Below, piece by piece: positions 1-12,833 of a stretch of DNA of 32,000 bases. The DNA is from Mycolicibacterium smegmatis. GTDB lineage: Bacteria > Actinomycetota > Actinomycetes > Mycobacteriales > Mycobacteriaceae. The stretch's first letter is position 1, and each line of letters starts with the position of its first letter. The notes beneath the pieces are model-generated. The model was not told the origin of the DNA. It worked only from the letters and a program-made list of their open reading frames with translations, and did no database searches. The DNA lies in assembly GCF_001457595.1 (NCBI RefSeq), contig NZ_LN831039.1, positions 5,340,001 to 5,372,000 of the forward strand, written 5' to 3'. The position numbers were made by a program, and so were the translations under genes.

Positions 1-978
1 GTCCGGGTAACCGAGGCAGGAGCGATGGCCGCGGGCCGCTGGGTTGGCCGCGGCGACAAGGAAGGCGGCGACGGTGCGGCCGTCGACGCCATGCGTGAAC
101 TGGTCAACTCGGTGTCGATGCGCGGCGTCGTGGTGATCGGTGAGGGCGAGAAGGACAACGCCCCGATGCTCTACAACGGCGAAGAGGTGGGCAACGGCGA
201 CGGGCCGGAGTGCGACTTCGCCGTCGACCCGATCGACGGCACCACGCTGATGAGCAAGGGTATGCCCAACGCCATCTCGGTTCTCGCGGTCGCCGAGCGC
301 GGTGCGATGTTCGACCCGTCGGCGGTGTTCTACATGAACAAGATCGCCGCGGGTCCCGACGTCGCCGACTTCATCGACATCACCTCGCCGATCGCGGCCA
401 ACATCCAGCGCATCGCCAAGATGCGCAAGGCCTCGGTCTCCGACATCACCGTCTGCATCCTGGACCGCCCGCGCCACGCCAAGCTGATCGCCGACGTCCG
501 CGCGGCCGGCGCACGGATCCGGCTGATCTCCGACGGCGACGTCGCCGGTGCGATCTCGGCGTGCCGCCCCGATTCGGGCACCGACCTGCTCGCGGGCATC
601 GGCGGCACGCCCGAGGGCATCATCACCGCCGCGGCGATCCGCTGCATGGGCGGCGAGATCCAGGCGACCCTGGCCCCCACCGACGACGAGGAGCGCCAGA
701 AGGCCATCGACCGCGGCCACGACCTGGACCGGGTGCTCACCACCAAGGACCTGGTGTCGGGTGAGAACGTGTTCTTCTGCGCCACCGGCGTCACCGACGG
801 GGACCTGCTCAAAGGGGTGCGGTTCTTCGGCGGCGGGTGCACCACCCAGTCGATCGTCATGCGCTCGAAGTCGGGCACGGTCCGGATGATCGAGGCCTAC
901 CACCGGTTGTCCAAGCTCAACGAATACTCCGCGATCAATTTCACCGGCGACAGCTCTGCCGCCTATCCCCTGCCGTAA
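1..978 (+). CDS. glpX: Fructose-1,6-bisphosphatase class II (GlpX), 5' end truncated by window edge
   Basis: ORF track starts at ATG 25, but the frame is open to base 1 ([31 protein letters not shown]). GlpX motifs include [18 protein letters not shown] and [12 protein letters not shown]. Confidence 0.95.
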   Translation, partial: VRVTEAGAMAAGRWVGRGDKEGGDGAAVDAMRELVNSVSMRGVVVIGEGEKDNAPMLYNGEEVGNGDGPECDFAVDPIDGTTLMSKGMPNAISVLAVAERGAMFDPSAVFYMNKIAAGPDVADFIDITSPIAANIQRIAKMRKASVSDITVCILDRPRHAKLIADVRAAGARIRLISDGDVAGAISACRPDSGTDLLAGIGGTPEGIITAAAIRCMGGEIQATLAPTDDEERQKAIDRGHDLDRVLTTKDLVSGENVFFCATGVTDGDLLKGVRFFGGGCTTQSIVMRSKSGTVRMIEAYHRLSKLNEYSAINFTGDSSAAYPLP

Positions 979-1009
979 CACACCAACAAACAAGGGACGC
1001 AACAGCACA

Positions 1010-2416
1010 ATGGCCGACACCGACGTCGAATACCGCATCGAACACGACACCATGGGTGAAGTCCGGGTACCCAAGGACGCCCTGTGGCGCGCGCAGACCC
1101 AGCGCGCGGTCGAGAACTTCCCCATCTCGTTCCGCGGCCTCGAGCGCACGCAGATCCGCGCGCTCGGTCTCCTGAAGGCCGCGTGCGCGCAGGTCAACAA
1201 GGACCTGGGCCTGCTGGACCCCGAGAAGGCCGACGCGATCATCGCCGCCGCGGGTGAGATCGCCGACGGCAAGCACGACGACCAGTTCCCCATCGACGTG
1301 TTCCAGACCGGCTCGGGCACGAGCTCGAACATGAACACCAACGAGGTGATCGCGTCGATCGCGGCAGCCAACGGTGTGACGGTGCACCCGAACGACCACG
1401 TGAACATGTCGCAGAGCTCCAACGACACCTTCCCCACCGCGACCCACATCGCGGCCACGGAAGCCGCTGTGCGCCATCTGATCCCGGCGCTGGAGGTCCT
1501 GCACGCATCGCTGGCCGCCAAGGCCAAGCAGTGGCGCACCGTCGTCAAGTCCGGCCGCACGCACCTCATGGACGCCGTGCCCGTCACGCTCGGGCAGGAG
1601 TTCGGCGGCTATGCGCGCCAGATCGAGGCAGGCATCGAACGCGTCAAGGCCACGCTGCCACGTCTCGGTGAACTCGCGATCGGCGGCACCGCCGTCGGCA
1701 CCGGCCTCAACGCGCCGGAAGGCTTCGGCGCCAAGGTCGTCGAGGTGCTCGTCAACGAGACCGGCCTGGCCGAGTTGCGCACCGCCGTCGATTCGTTCGA
1801 GGCGCAGGCCGCGCGCGACGGGCTGGTCGAGGCCTCCGGTGCGCTGCGCACCATCGCGGTGTCGCTCACCAAGATCGCCAACGACATCCGCTGGATGGGC
1901 TCGGGCCCGCTGACCGGCCTGGCCGAGATCCAGCTGCCGGACCTGCAGCCGGGCAGCTCGATCATGCCGGGCAAGGTCAACCCCGTCCTGCCCGAGGCCG
2001 TCACGCAGGTGGCCTGCCAGGTGGTCGGCAACGACGCGGCGATCGCGTTCGGCGGTGCGTCGGGCGCCTTCGAGCTCAACGTGTACATCCCGATGATGGC
2101 GCGCAACCTGCTCGAGTCGTTCACGTTGCTGTCCAACGTGTCCCGGCTGTTCGCCGAGCGCTGCATCGACGGCCTGGTGGCCAACGAGGAGCGCCTGCGG
2201 GAGCTCGCCGAGTCCTCGCCGTCGATCGTGACGCCGCTGAACTCGGCGATCGGTTACGAAGAGGCCGCCAAGGTCGCCAAGCAGGCTCTCGCGGAGAAGA
2301 AGACCATCCGCCAGACCGTGATCGACCGTGGCCTCATCGGCGACAAGCTGAGCCTCGAGGAACTCGACCGTCGTCTCGACGTGCTCGCCATGGCGCGGGT
2401 CAAGGACGGCGAGTAG
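1010..2416 (+). CDS. fum: Class II fumarate hydratase
   Basis: 468 aa. Fumarase/aspartase signature [15 protein letters not shown], plus [14 protein letters not shown] and [15 protein letters not shown]. Confidence 0.97.
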   Translation: MADTDVEYRIEHDTMGEVRVPKDALWRAQTQRAVENFPISFRGLERTQIRALGLLKAACAQVNKDLGLLDPEKADAIIAAAGEIADGKHDDQFPIDVFQTGSGTSSNMNTNEVIASIAAANGVTVHPNDHVNMSQSSNDTFPTATHIAATEAAVRHLIPALEVLHASLAAKAKQWRTVVKSGRTHLMDAVPVTLGQEFGGYARQIEAGIERVKATLPRLGELAIGGTAVGTGLNAPEGFGAKVVEVLVNETGLAELRTAVDSFEAQAARDGLVEASGALRTIAVSLTKIANDIRWMGSGPLTGLAEIQLPDLQPGSSIMPGKVNPVLPEAVTQVACQVVGNDAAIAFGGASGAFELNVYIPMMARNLLESFTLLSNVSRLFAERCIDGLVANEERLRELAESSPSIVTPLNSAIGYEEAAKVAKQALAEKKTIRQTVIDRGLIGDKLSLEELDRRLDVLAMARVKDGE

Positions 2417-2438
2417 GGGTCACCTTCCTCTCGCGACT

Positions 2439-5624
<3,186 letters not shown>

Positions 5625-5628
<4 letters not shown>

Positions 5629-6068
5629 GAGGCGTCGGCGGTGGGCTCGGGGCCGAAGCGAAAGCGCCGCCCGGTGATCTGCGTGGGCAGCACCCGGACC
5701 CAGTGCGTCTTGGCGGTGGCGGTCCACGGCAGCAACTCGGCCCGCTGCGCCTCGGCGAGGTCGGCCTCGTCGCGCACGGTCCTGGCGACGCCCCGGACGA
5801 TGACGCTCCACCCCTGTTCGACGTCGTGGTCGTCCGCCTCGAACAGCACGTTGTTGTTGATGGCCGCGCTGACCAGCTTGGTGCCCTCCGCGGTGCGGAA
5901 CAGCACGGTGCGGTTCTGCACCACGAAGTTGATCGGGAAGATGTGCGACGTGTTGTCCACCGTGGTGACGATGCGTCCGAGCGCGACGCTCTTCAACAGG
6001 TCCCAGCACTCGGTCGCCGACAGGATCGTGACCGCGTCACCGGCCGTCGTGGTGATCTGATCGCTCAT
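5625..6068 (-). CDS. Pyridoxamine 5'-phosphate oxidase-like FMN-binding split-barrel protein
   Basis: 147 aa: ECWDLLKSVALGRIVTTVDNTSHIFPINFVVQNRTVLFRTAEGTKL...VIVRGVARTV, typical of the family. Confidence 0.85.
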
Positions 6069-6100
6069 GGATCTGACGCTATGGCTCGATGGCCCGGGTC

Positions 6101-6120
6101 TCTACGGGCGAAGTCCCCGA
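6101..6120. promoter_or_regulatory. Weaker/proximal DosR-box-like site
   Basis: TCTACGGGCGAAGTCCCCGA. One half-site (AGTCCCC) matches the consensus TTSGGGACTWWAGTCCCSAA well; overall 11/20 by eye. Confidence 0.4.
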
Positions 6121-6123
6121 TCC

Positions 6124-6143
6124 GAAGGGACCAAAGGCCCTAG
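6124..6143. promoter_or_regulatory. DosR/DevR box
   Basis: GAAGGGACCAAAGGCCCTAG against TTSGGGACTWWAGTCCCSAA: 13/20 overall, 12/14 in the GGGACTWWAGTCCC core. It overlaps the devR stop codon and lies upstream of the CDS starting at 6068 (-). Confidence 0.72.
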
Positions 6144-6775
6144 TTGCGCCGGTCCAGTTTGGACGCGAACACCGCGGCCTGCGTGCGACGCTCCATGCCG
6201 AGCTTCGCCAGGAGCCTCGACACGTAGTTCTTGACGGTCTTCTCGGCCAGGAACATGCGCGCCGCGATCTGTTTGTTGGTCAGGCCCTCTCCCAGCAGGT
6301 CGAGCAGCACACGCTCCTGCTGGGTGAGGCCCGAGAGCGGATCGGAGCGTTCGGCGTCGCCGCGCAGTTTGGACATCAGCGCGGTGGCCGCGCGGTTGTC
6401 CAGCAGGGACTTGCCCGCGCCGACGTCCTTGATGGCCTGCGCGAGTTCCATGCCCTTGATGTCCTTGACCACGTATCCGCTCGCGCCCGCGAGGATCGCG
6501 TCGAGCATCGCCTCGTCGGAGGTGAACGACGTGAGCATCAGGCAGCGCAGATTCGGCATGTGCGACAACAGGTCCCGGCACAGCTCGATGCCGTTGCCGT
6601 CGGGCAGCCGCACGTCGAGCACCGCGACATCCGGCTGCGCCGCGGGGATGCGCGCGAGCGCCTGCGACACCGAATCGGCCTCGCCGATGACGTCCAGTTC
6701 GGGATCGGCGCTCAGCAGGTCGATGAGCCCGCGGCGCACCACCTCGTGGTCGTCGACCAGAAAAACCCTGATCAT
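6140..6775 (-). CDS. devR: NarL/LuxR-family dormancy response regulator
   Basis: Starts [36 protein letters not shown]; phospho-acceptor context [14 protein letters not shown]; Lux[52 protein letters not shown] at 6775 rather than the tracked 6844. Confidence 0.95.
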   Translation of the reverse strand: MIRVFLVDDHEVVRRGLIDLLSADPELDVIGEADSVSQALARIPAAQPDVAVLDVRLPDGNGIELCRDLLSHMPNLRCLMLTSFTSDEAMLDAILAGASGYVVKDIKGMELAQAIKDVGAGKSLLDNRAATALMSKLRGDAERSDPLSGLTQQERVLLDLLGEGLTNKQIAARMFLAEKTVKNYVSRLLAKLGMERRTQAAVFASKLDRRN

Positions 6776-6785
6776 CTCCCGAGTC

Positions 6786-7628
6786 TCACAAGCGCTGCTG
6801 CCGATCGCAAGTGAGCAGTGAGCACCCGGCGTCGACGAGCGCACCCAGAGCCGCGGGGTCCGTGACGTCCCCGGCCCGGTTGAAACGTTCCGCGCCGACG
6901 ACGATGAGTTGCACGGTCTGCGGGTTCGCCGCGACGTAGTCGGCCGTGTTGCCGTGGTCGGTGATGAGCTCGAGATCGAGTTCGGGATACCGCTTGCGGT
7001 AGCGGGTCATGCGCCGGTCGAGCTGGGACTGGGCCAGCCGGTTGCGCTCCTCGGCGACCTTCTCCTCGTACAGTTCGCGATGGCGGTGCTGCCACGTCGT
7101 CATCACCGAAAGCGGTGCGTCACGCAGGCGGGCCTCGTCGACACCGGTCTGCAGCGCGGTGCTCGCCGAGGGCCTGCCGTCGAACTCGACCAGGATGCGC
7201 CTGCCCTTGCCCGGCGTCGCGACCACGGCCACGGGGCACTGCGCGGATCTCAGGACCGCGCTCGCCACCGAACCGATGCCGCCGCGACCGGCCTGTGTGA
7301 GACCGCTGGCCCCCACGCACAGCAGCGGGGTGTTCTGTGATGCGGCGATCAGCGCCTCGATCGGCTTGTCCTGCACCACTTCCAGCTCGATCTGGACGGG
7401 CTGCTCGGTGGACTCCACCGCGACGCAGGCCTGCCGGATCGCGACTTCGGCGGTGGCCAGCGCGCGTGCCGAGTTCTCGTGGTCGGCGCCGTTGTCGTCG
7501 GGGTGGACGGCATAGATCAGGCGCAGCGGGACACCGCGGCTCAGCGCCTCCTTGACCGCCCAGATGGCGGCGTCCACGGCGGGTTGCGATCCGTCGATTC
7601 CGACGATCACGGGGCGTGCGATCGACAT
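6786..7628 (-). CDS. Tandem-domain universal stress protein (Rv3134c-like)
   Basis: 280 aa. First USP domain [24 protein letters not shown]...[32 protein letters not shown]; second domain [15 protein letters not shown]... lacks a clear ATP-binding GxxG-GS motif. Confidence 0.92.
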   Translation of the reverse strand: MSIARPVIVGIDGSQPAVDAAIWAVKEALSRGVPLRLIYAVHPDDNGADHENSARALATAEVAIRQACVAVESTEQPVQIELEVVQDKPIEALIAASQNTPLLCVGASGLTQAGRGGIGSVASAVLRSAQCPVAVVATPGKGRRILVEFDGRPSASTALQTGVDEARLRDAPLSVMTTWQHRHRELYEEKVAEERNRLAQSQLDRRMTRYRKRYPELDLELITDHGNTADYVAANPQTVQLIVVGAERFNRAGDVTDPAALGALVDAGCSLLTCDRQQRL

Positions 7629-7629
7629 G

Positions 7630-8619
7630 TCAACTCCTCGGGCGAACTTCGAGAAATGCGTCGACGGGGCGACGCGGGGTGGGCGGCGGCACCTCGTCGA
7701 GTGCGGGGGCCAGGCCGATGCGGACGAGAACCTGGGGGCAGGCGTCGCGCACGATGAGCCTGCCGATGATGTCGCGGCTGGTGTGCAGTTCGGTCACGTG
7801 CGTCACCGGGCACGTCGCAAGGCCTGACATGGTGCATTCCAGCAGTACCTTCGACAGGCCCTCACCGGCATCGAGGGCGTCCTCGCGGCTGTAGCCGTCG
7901 GTCGAGAGCACCACGATGGTCGCGGCATCGTTGTTGAGCGCCGGTCGCCTGCTGCTGTGCGGGGCGACCGGGAAGTCGCGGGACACCGCGACGCGTTCGC
8001 TTTCCTCCGCGGAGATCAGCGCCGTCTGCGGAATTCCGTCTTCGGTCGCGAACGGTGTTGTCCACCAGGCGAGTTCGGAATGGTAGGCGGCGTCGTAGAG
8101 CCGCAGCGACTCGGTCAGCGCGGCGGCCTCGGCCACCTCCTCGCGCACGACCTCACCGAGGGTGTCCATGTGTACCGGCCCGTCGCCGAGGCGCGCACGC
8201 AGCAGCGTCTCGAACGCGTCCCAGTCGACGTAGGCCGACATCGGCAGCCGGTCGGTGCGCCTCGCGAGGATGGCGTCGGCGCGCTTGCGGTGCCCTTCGG
8301 TGACGAACTGCAGCGGCCGGAAACTCAACGTCGCCAGGTGATCCCGGTCGTTCGGGTTCGGGAACCGCTGCACCTCGGTGTCCCAGCCCGCCGCCGCGAG
8401 CGCGACACGCAGGTGGTCGAGCAGCACGCCGCAGCTCATCACGGCCTCGCGCGACGAACGGTCCGTCGAGCGCACCACCCGGCTGGGGTCGAGGAACAGC
8501 TTCAGCTCGCCGTCCTCGGCGATCAGGCGCCACGGCTGGGTGTTGTGCAGCGACGGGGCGCGCGCCGCGAGCTGCACGGCGTTGGCGAGGGTGGCAACGT
8601 CGAGCCTGGTGTCGGACAT
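7630..8619 (-). CDS. Acg-like nitroreductase-fold protein
   Basis: 329 aa: LANAVQLAARAPSLHNTQPWRLIAEDGELKLFLDPSR...LRVALAAAGWDTEVQRFPNP, characteristic of mycobacterial Acg/Rv3131 proteins. The stop is one nucleotide from the USP start. Confidence 0.9.
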   Translation of the reverse strand: MSDTRLDVATLANAVQLAARAPSLHNTQPWRLIAEDGELKLFLDPSRVVRSTDRSSREAVMSCGVLLDHLRVALAAAGWDTEVQRFPNPNDRDHLATLSFRPLQFVTEGHRKRADAILARRTDRLPMSAYVDWDAFETLLRARLGDGPVHMDTLGEVVREEVAEAAALTESLRLYDAAYHSELAWWTTPFATEDGIPQTALISAEESERVAVSRDFPVAPHSSRRPALNNDAATIVVLSTDGYSREDALDAGEGLSKVLLECTMSGLATCPVTHVTELHTSRDIIGRLIVRDACPQVLVRIGLAPALDEVPPPTPRRPVDAFLEVRPRS

Positions 8620-8651
8620 GCTTCCAGCCTCGTCGCGCGAGGGCCCAACGG

Positions 8652-8671
8652 TTAGGGTCTTTGGTCCTCAC
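8652..8671. promoter_or_regulatory. DosR/DevR box upstream of the nitroreductase-USP-devR operon
   Basis: TTAGGGTCTTTGGTCCTCAC. The reverse complement GTGAGGACCAAAGACCCTAA matches TTSGGGACTWWAGTCCCSAA at 15/20 and shares GGACCAAAG(A/G)CCCTA with the 6124 site. Confidence 0.72.
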
Positions 8672-8679
8672 CTGGATGC

Positions 8680-8699
8680 GACACCGGTCTCACGGTGTC
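8680..8699. terminator. Short perfect hairpin in the phoH2 to nitroreductase gap
   Basis: GACACCG-gtctca-CGGTGTC: 7-bp arms, 6-nt loop, 39 bp downstream of the phoH2 stop. No U-tract; it may instead be part of the promoter region. Confidence 0.3.
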
Positions 8700-8738
8700 A
8701 CACACCGTTGTTCGCGCCACCCCCGCCTGTGTCGAGCA

Positions 8739-10052
8739 TCAGGGCAGGGCGCCGGGGCTGATCTCCTCGAGCATCTCGGTGACCAGCGCGGCGATCGGCG
8801 AGCGTTCGCTGCGCTGCAACGTCACGTGGGCGAACAGCGGGTGCCCCTTGAGCTTCTCGATCACCGCGGCCACGCCGTCGTGGCGTCCCACCCGCAGGTT
8901 GTCGCGCTGGGCGACGTCGTGGGTGAGCACCACGCGCGACCCGGCGCCCAGCCGGGACAGCACGGTCAGCAGCACGTTGCGTTCGAGCGACTGCGCCTCG
9001 TCGACGATCACGAACGAGTCGTGCAGAGAGCGCCCCCGGATGTGGGTCAGGGGCAGCACTTCGAGCATTCCGCGGGAGAGCACCTCGTCGAGCACCGCGG
9101 GGCTCGCCAGCCCTTCGAGGGTGTCGAACACCGCCTGCGCCCACGGGCCCATCTTCTCGCTCTCGCTACCGGGCAGGTAGCCGAGATCCTGACCACCCAC
9201 GGCATACAGCGGGCGGAACACCACGACCTTGCGCTGCGTGCGGCGCTCCAGCACGGCCTCCAGGCCCGCGCACAGCGCGAGCGCCGACTTGCCGGTGCCG
9301 GCCTTGCCGCCCAGCGACACGATGCCGACGGACTCGTCGAGCAGCAGGTCGAGGGCGACGCGCTGTTCGGCTGACCTTCCCCGGAGGCCGAACACTTCGC
9401 GATCACCACGGACCAGCTGCACCTTCTTGGCCGCGTTCACCCGTCCCAGCGCGTGCGAGGTGCCACCGAGCAACCGAATGCCGGTGTGGCACGGCAAATC
9501 TCGCGCCTCGGCCAGGTCGATCTCACCGTCGGCGAACAGCGTGTCGATGTCCTCGCCTGCGACGTCCATCTCGGTCATGCCCGTCCACCCGGACACTACG
9601 ACGTCCTGTGCGTGGTACTCGTCGGCCGCCAGGCCCACCGCACCGGCCTTGACGCGCAGCGGGATGTCCTTGCTCACCAACGTGACGTGCTTACCCTCGG
9701 CGGCGAGATTGGCCGCGACCGTGAGGATCCTGGCGTCGTTGCTGTCGTTGCGGAACCCGGCGGGCAGCACCGACGGGTCGCTGTGGTTCAGCTCGACGTG
9801 CAGTGTGCCGCCGCGTGTTCCGACCGGGACCGGTTGGTCCAGGCGGCCGTGTTCGAGTCGCATGTCGTCGAACATCCGCAAGGCCTGCCGCGCGAACCAG
9901 CCGAGTTCATGATGGTGCCGTTTGGCCTCCAACTCACTGATGACGACCAGCGGGACCACCACCTCGTGCTCGGCGAACCGGGTGCATGCCCAGGGATCTG
10001 ACAGCAACACCGAGGTGTCGAGCACATAGGTACGGACAGCTTGCTCAGTCAC
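8739..10052 (-). CDS. phoH2: PhoH2: PIN-domain RNase fused to PhoH ATPase/helicase
   Basis: 437 aa, GTG start. N-terminal PIN ([25 protein letters not shown]), C-terminal PhoH with Walker [10 protein letters not shown] and Walker [11 protein letters not shown]. Confidence 0.95.
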   Translation of the reverse strand: MTEQAVRTYVLDTSVLLSDPWACTRFAEHEVVVPLVVISELEAKRHHHELGWFARQALRMFDDMRLEHGRLDQPVPVGTRGGTLHVELNHSDPSVLPAGFRNDSNDARILTVAANLAAEGKHVTLVSKDIPLRVKAGAVGLAADEYHAQDVVVSGWTGMTEMDVAGEDIDTLFADGEIDLAEARDLPCHTGIRLLGGTSHALGRVNAAKKVQLVRGDREVFGLRGRSAEQRVALDLLLDESVGIVSLGGKAGTGKSALALCAGLEAVLERRTQRKVVVFRPLYAVGGQDLGYLPGSESEKMGPWAQAVFDTLEGLASPAVLDEVLSRGMLEVLPLTHIRGRSLHDSFVIVDEAQSLERNVLLTVLSRLGAGSRVVLTHDVAQRDNLRVGRHDGVAAVIEKLKGHPLFAHVTLQRSERSPIAALVTEMLEEISPGALP

Positions 10053-10191
10053 GTGGCGCTCCTAGGGGAACGGCGCTCTTCATGCGGCCCCACACGAATT
10101 GCTCGGTGGACACTGCGGCAGGACCGGGGCCGGTCCTTTCGTGATCGAAACGATCGGTACCGCCCGGACAGCAGAGCAGGTCGCTAGCCAT
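10045..10191 (-). CDS. Small ORF overlapping the phoH2 start; candidate PhoAT-type antitoxin
   Basis: Manual reverse-strand translation from ATG 10191: [48 protein letters not shown] (48 aa). The stop lies 8 nt inside phoH2. Absent from the ORF track. Confidence 0.5.
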   Translation of the reverse strand: MASDLLCCPGGTDRFDHERTGPGPAAVSTEQFVWGRMKSAVPLGAPRD

Positions 10192-10356
10192 CGACTTCGA
10201 CGCTACTACCGCTACCGCACCGTTGCTTGCTGCCGCGCCGCGTGTTGGACGGCTTACGCGTTACGCGCGGATGAACTTTCCGCGCGCCCCAGCGACGTCC
10301 CGGTTACTGCCGTGACTGAGGTGACGGGTGTGACCACCAGCGCCACGAACCCGCAC

Positions 10357-11184
10357 TCAGGCCTGGACGAAGTCCTTCAGCGAAGCCTCGCCGGCCAGGC
10401 CCCATGCCGTGATGCGGTCGGAGATCACCTTCTGCAGCGCGGCCTTGTCGAAGATGCCCGCCTCGGCGACGTTGGCGACCTTGTCCTGGTACGGCGCGAT
10501 GTCGGCGCCGATCACGTCGAGGCCCGCCGCGCGGGCCGCGATGGCCTCGACGGTCTCGTCGCGGTGCTTGTCCAGCACGTAGCTGACGAGGTTGGAGAAG
10601 AACTCCTCGTGACGCTCCTCGTCGGTCGCGATGCGGCCCATCAGGCTCGCCAGGACCGGCTCGGTGATCTGCGCCTGCAGGTTGCGGCAGAACACGGCGT
10701 GCGAGCGCTCGAAGAACGCCATGAACACCAGCGTCTCGATCTGGCTGAAGCGGTCGGCGCGGTAGCCCTTCATGACGTGCTCGACGCGCACGTCCTCGTT
10801 GGCGGCCGGATCGATCTCGCGGGTCACCACCAGGTAGTTGCGCAGCGCGACGGCGTGCAGGTGCTCCTCAGCGGTCCAGCGGCCGAGGAAGCGGCCCCAC
10901 TGTTCTTCGAGGATGAAGTGCTCGACGAGCTCGCGGTGGTAGCCGGCGAGGTTGTCCTTGGTGATCAGGAGGATCTCCAAGGCGTCGGTGATGCTCTTGG
11001 GCAGCGTCACCTGCGACGGATCCCAGTCCGTGCCGCCGAGGAAGGCGAAGTTCTCGCCCTGGTCGAACGGCACGTAGTCGTGCGCGTACCAGAGGTCCTC
11101 GGAGTCGAGGTGACGGCGCATCTCGCCGGCCACGACGGGCTCGAGCTCGAGAGTCAGCGCATTAGGGACAGGTTTCTGTGCCAT
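10357..11184 (-). CDS. desA2: Acyl-[ACP] desaturase, ferritin-like di-iron (DesA2)
   Basis: 275 aa. Di-iron ligand motifs EEQWGRF, TAEEHLHAVAL, DEERHEEFF. Confidence 0.95.
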   Translation of the reverse strand: MAQKPVPNALTLELEPVVAGEMRRHLDSEDLWYAHDYVPFDQGENFAFLGGTDWDPSQVTLPKSITDALEILLITKDNLAGYHRELVEHFILEEQWGRFLGRWTAEEHLHAVALRNYLVVTREIDPAANEDVRVEHVMKGYRADRFSQIETLVFMAFFERSHAVFCRNLQAQITEPVLASLMGRIATDEERHEEFFSNLVSYVLDKHRDETVEAIAARAAGLDVIGADIAPYQDKVANVAEAGIFDKAALQKVISDRITAWGLAGEASLKDFVQA

Positions 11185-11262
11185 GAAAGTAACTGTAACC
11201 CGAGTTCACACGTTTCTCGAAATCGGGTCCGGCGTGTCCCCGCGTGATGCGTTGTGCGCAGC

Positions 11263-12741
11263 TCAGAGCGTCAGACCCGGGTACAGCGGGTTTGCCGAGA
11301 GCAGCTCCGACGACGCCGCGTGCACGCGCTCGGCGGTGCCGTCGGCCAGCTTGTACTTGGCCTTCGACGTCCCCTCGGGCTGCGTGTTGGCGAGCACCTC
11401 GACGATCAGTTCGGCGACGCGGTCGAAATCGTCGGCACCGAATCCACGGCTGGTGAGCGCGGGCGTACCGAGGCGGACGCCGCTGGTGTACCAGGCGCCG
11501 TTGGGGTCCGCGGGGATCGAGTTGCGGTTGGTGACGATGCCCGCGTCGAGCAGCGCCGACTCGGCCTGCCGGCCGGTGAGGCCGAACGACGTCACGTCGA
11601 GCAGCACGATGTGGTTGTCGGTGCCGCCGGTCACCAGGCCGGCGTCGCGCTTGACGAAACCGTCGGCCAGGGCCTGCGCGTTGTCGGCGACCTGCTGCGC
11701 GTACTGCTGGAACGCGGGCTGGCGCGCCTCGGCCAGCGCCACGGCCTTGGCGGCCATGACGTGGCTCAGCGGTCCGCCGAGCACCATCGGGCAGCCCTTG
11801 TCGACCGCGGGTGCGTACTCCTCGGTCGCGAGCACCATGCCGCCGCGCGGTCCGCGCAGCGACTTGTGCGTGGTCGTGGTGGTGACGTGCGCGTGCGGCA
11901 CCGGATCCTCGTCACCGGTGAACACCTTGCCCGCCACCAGACCCGCGAAGTGGGCCATGTCGACCATCAGCGTCGCGCCGACCTCGTCGGCGATCTCGCG
12001 CATCTTGGCGAAGTTGACGCGCCGCGGGTAGGCCGAGTAGCCGGCCACCAGCACCAGCGGCTTGAACTCGCGCGCGGCCGCGGCGACCGCGTCGTAGTCG
12101 AGGAACCCGGTCTCCGGGTTGGTGCCGTAGCTGCGCTGGTGGAACATCTTGCCGGAGATGTTGGGCCGGAAGCCGTGCGTGAGGTGCCCACCGGCGTCCA
12201 GCGACATCCCGAGCAGACGCTGGTTGCCCAGCTTGTTGCGCAGCGTCTCCCAGTCGGCCTCGGACAGGTCGTTGATGTGCTTGGCGCCGAAGTTGGCGAG
12301 CTCGGGGGCCTCGACACGCGTGGCCAGGATCGCCCAGAACGCGACCAGGTTGGCGTCGATGCCCGAGTGCGGCTGCACGTACGCGTAGGGGGCGCCGAAC
12401 AGTTCGCGTGCGTGCTCGGCCGCGACGCTCTCGACGGTGTCGACGTTCTGGCAGCCGGCGTAGAAGCGGTGCCCGATGGTGCCCTCGGCGTACTTGTCGG
12501 AGAACCACGTGCCCATGGTCAGCAGCACCGCGGGCGACGCGTAGTTCTCACTGGCGATGAGCTTCAGCGAATCGCGTTGGTCGGCAAGTTCTTTGCGTGT
12601 GGCCGCGGCGACCCGGGGCTCCACGGATTCGATGACCTGCAGCGCGGCCTGGTAGGCGGCGCTGGCCGTATCGGCATAGTCGGCCCCGTTAGCGGCGGGC
12701 ACCGAAGAGGAGTTGGACGACGGGTCTGCAGCCATGGGCAC
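11263..12741 (-). CDS. glyA: Serine hydroxymethyltransferase, long form
   Basis: 492 aa (GTG 12741 or ATG 12735). [34 protein letters not shown] and the PLP-lysine motif [15 protein letters not shown]. Carries an insertion of about 30 aa before [15 protein letters not shown]. Confidence 0.95.
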   Translation of the reverse strand: MPMAADPSSNSSSVPAANGADYADTASAAYQAALQVIESVEPRVAAATRKELADQRDSLKLIASENYASPAVLLTMGTWFSDKYAEGTIGHRFYAGCQNVDTVESVAAEHARELFGAPYAYVQPHSGIDANLVAFWAILATRVEAPELANFGAKHINDLSEADWETLRNKLGNQRLLGMSLDAGGHLTHGFRPNISGKMFHQRSYGTNPETGFLDYDAVAAAAREFKPLVLVAGYSAYPRRVNFAKMREIADEVGATLMVDMAHFAGLVAGKVFTGDEDPVPHAHVTTTTTHKSLRGPRGGMVLATEEYAPAVDKGCPMVLGGPLSHVMAAKAVALAEARQPAFQQYAQQVADNAQALADGFVKRDAGLVTGGTDNHIVLLDVTSFGLTGRQAESALLDAGIVTNRNSIPADPNGAWYTSGVRLGTPALTSRGFGADDFDRVAELIVEVLANTQPEGTSKAKYKLADGTAERVHAASSELLSANPLYPGLTL

Positions 12742-12785
12742 AAGCCTATCCCCGAGCGGCGGCGCTTCTACCTCGAGGTTCGAGC

Positions 12786-12833
12786 GAGGTCCAGGCCGAG
12801 GTTCCGGCCGAGGTTCAGGCCGAGGTTCCGGCC
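12786..12833. repeat. 12-bp tandem repeat, 4 units
   Basis: gaggtccaggcc / gaggttccggcc / gaggttcaggcc / gaggttccggcc, spanning the 3' end of the DUF885 gene and the gap to glyA. Confidence 0.88.

Noticed and set aside
10099-11247. 382-aa plus-strand ORF covering the phoH2-desA2 gap
   Set aside because: Mostly antisense to desA2 with no recognised domain. The minus-strand 48-aa frame overlapping phoH2 is a better fit to known biology.
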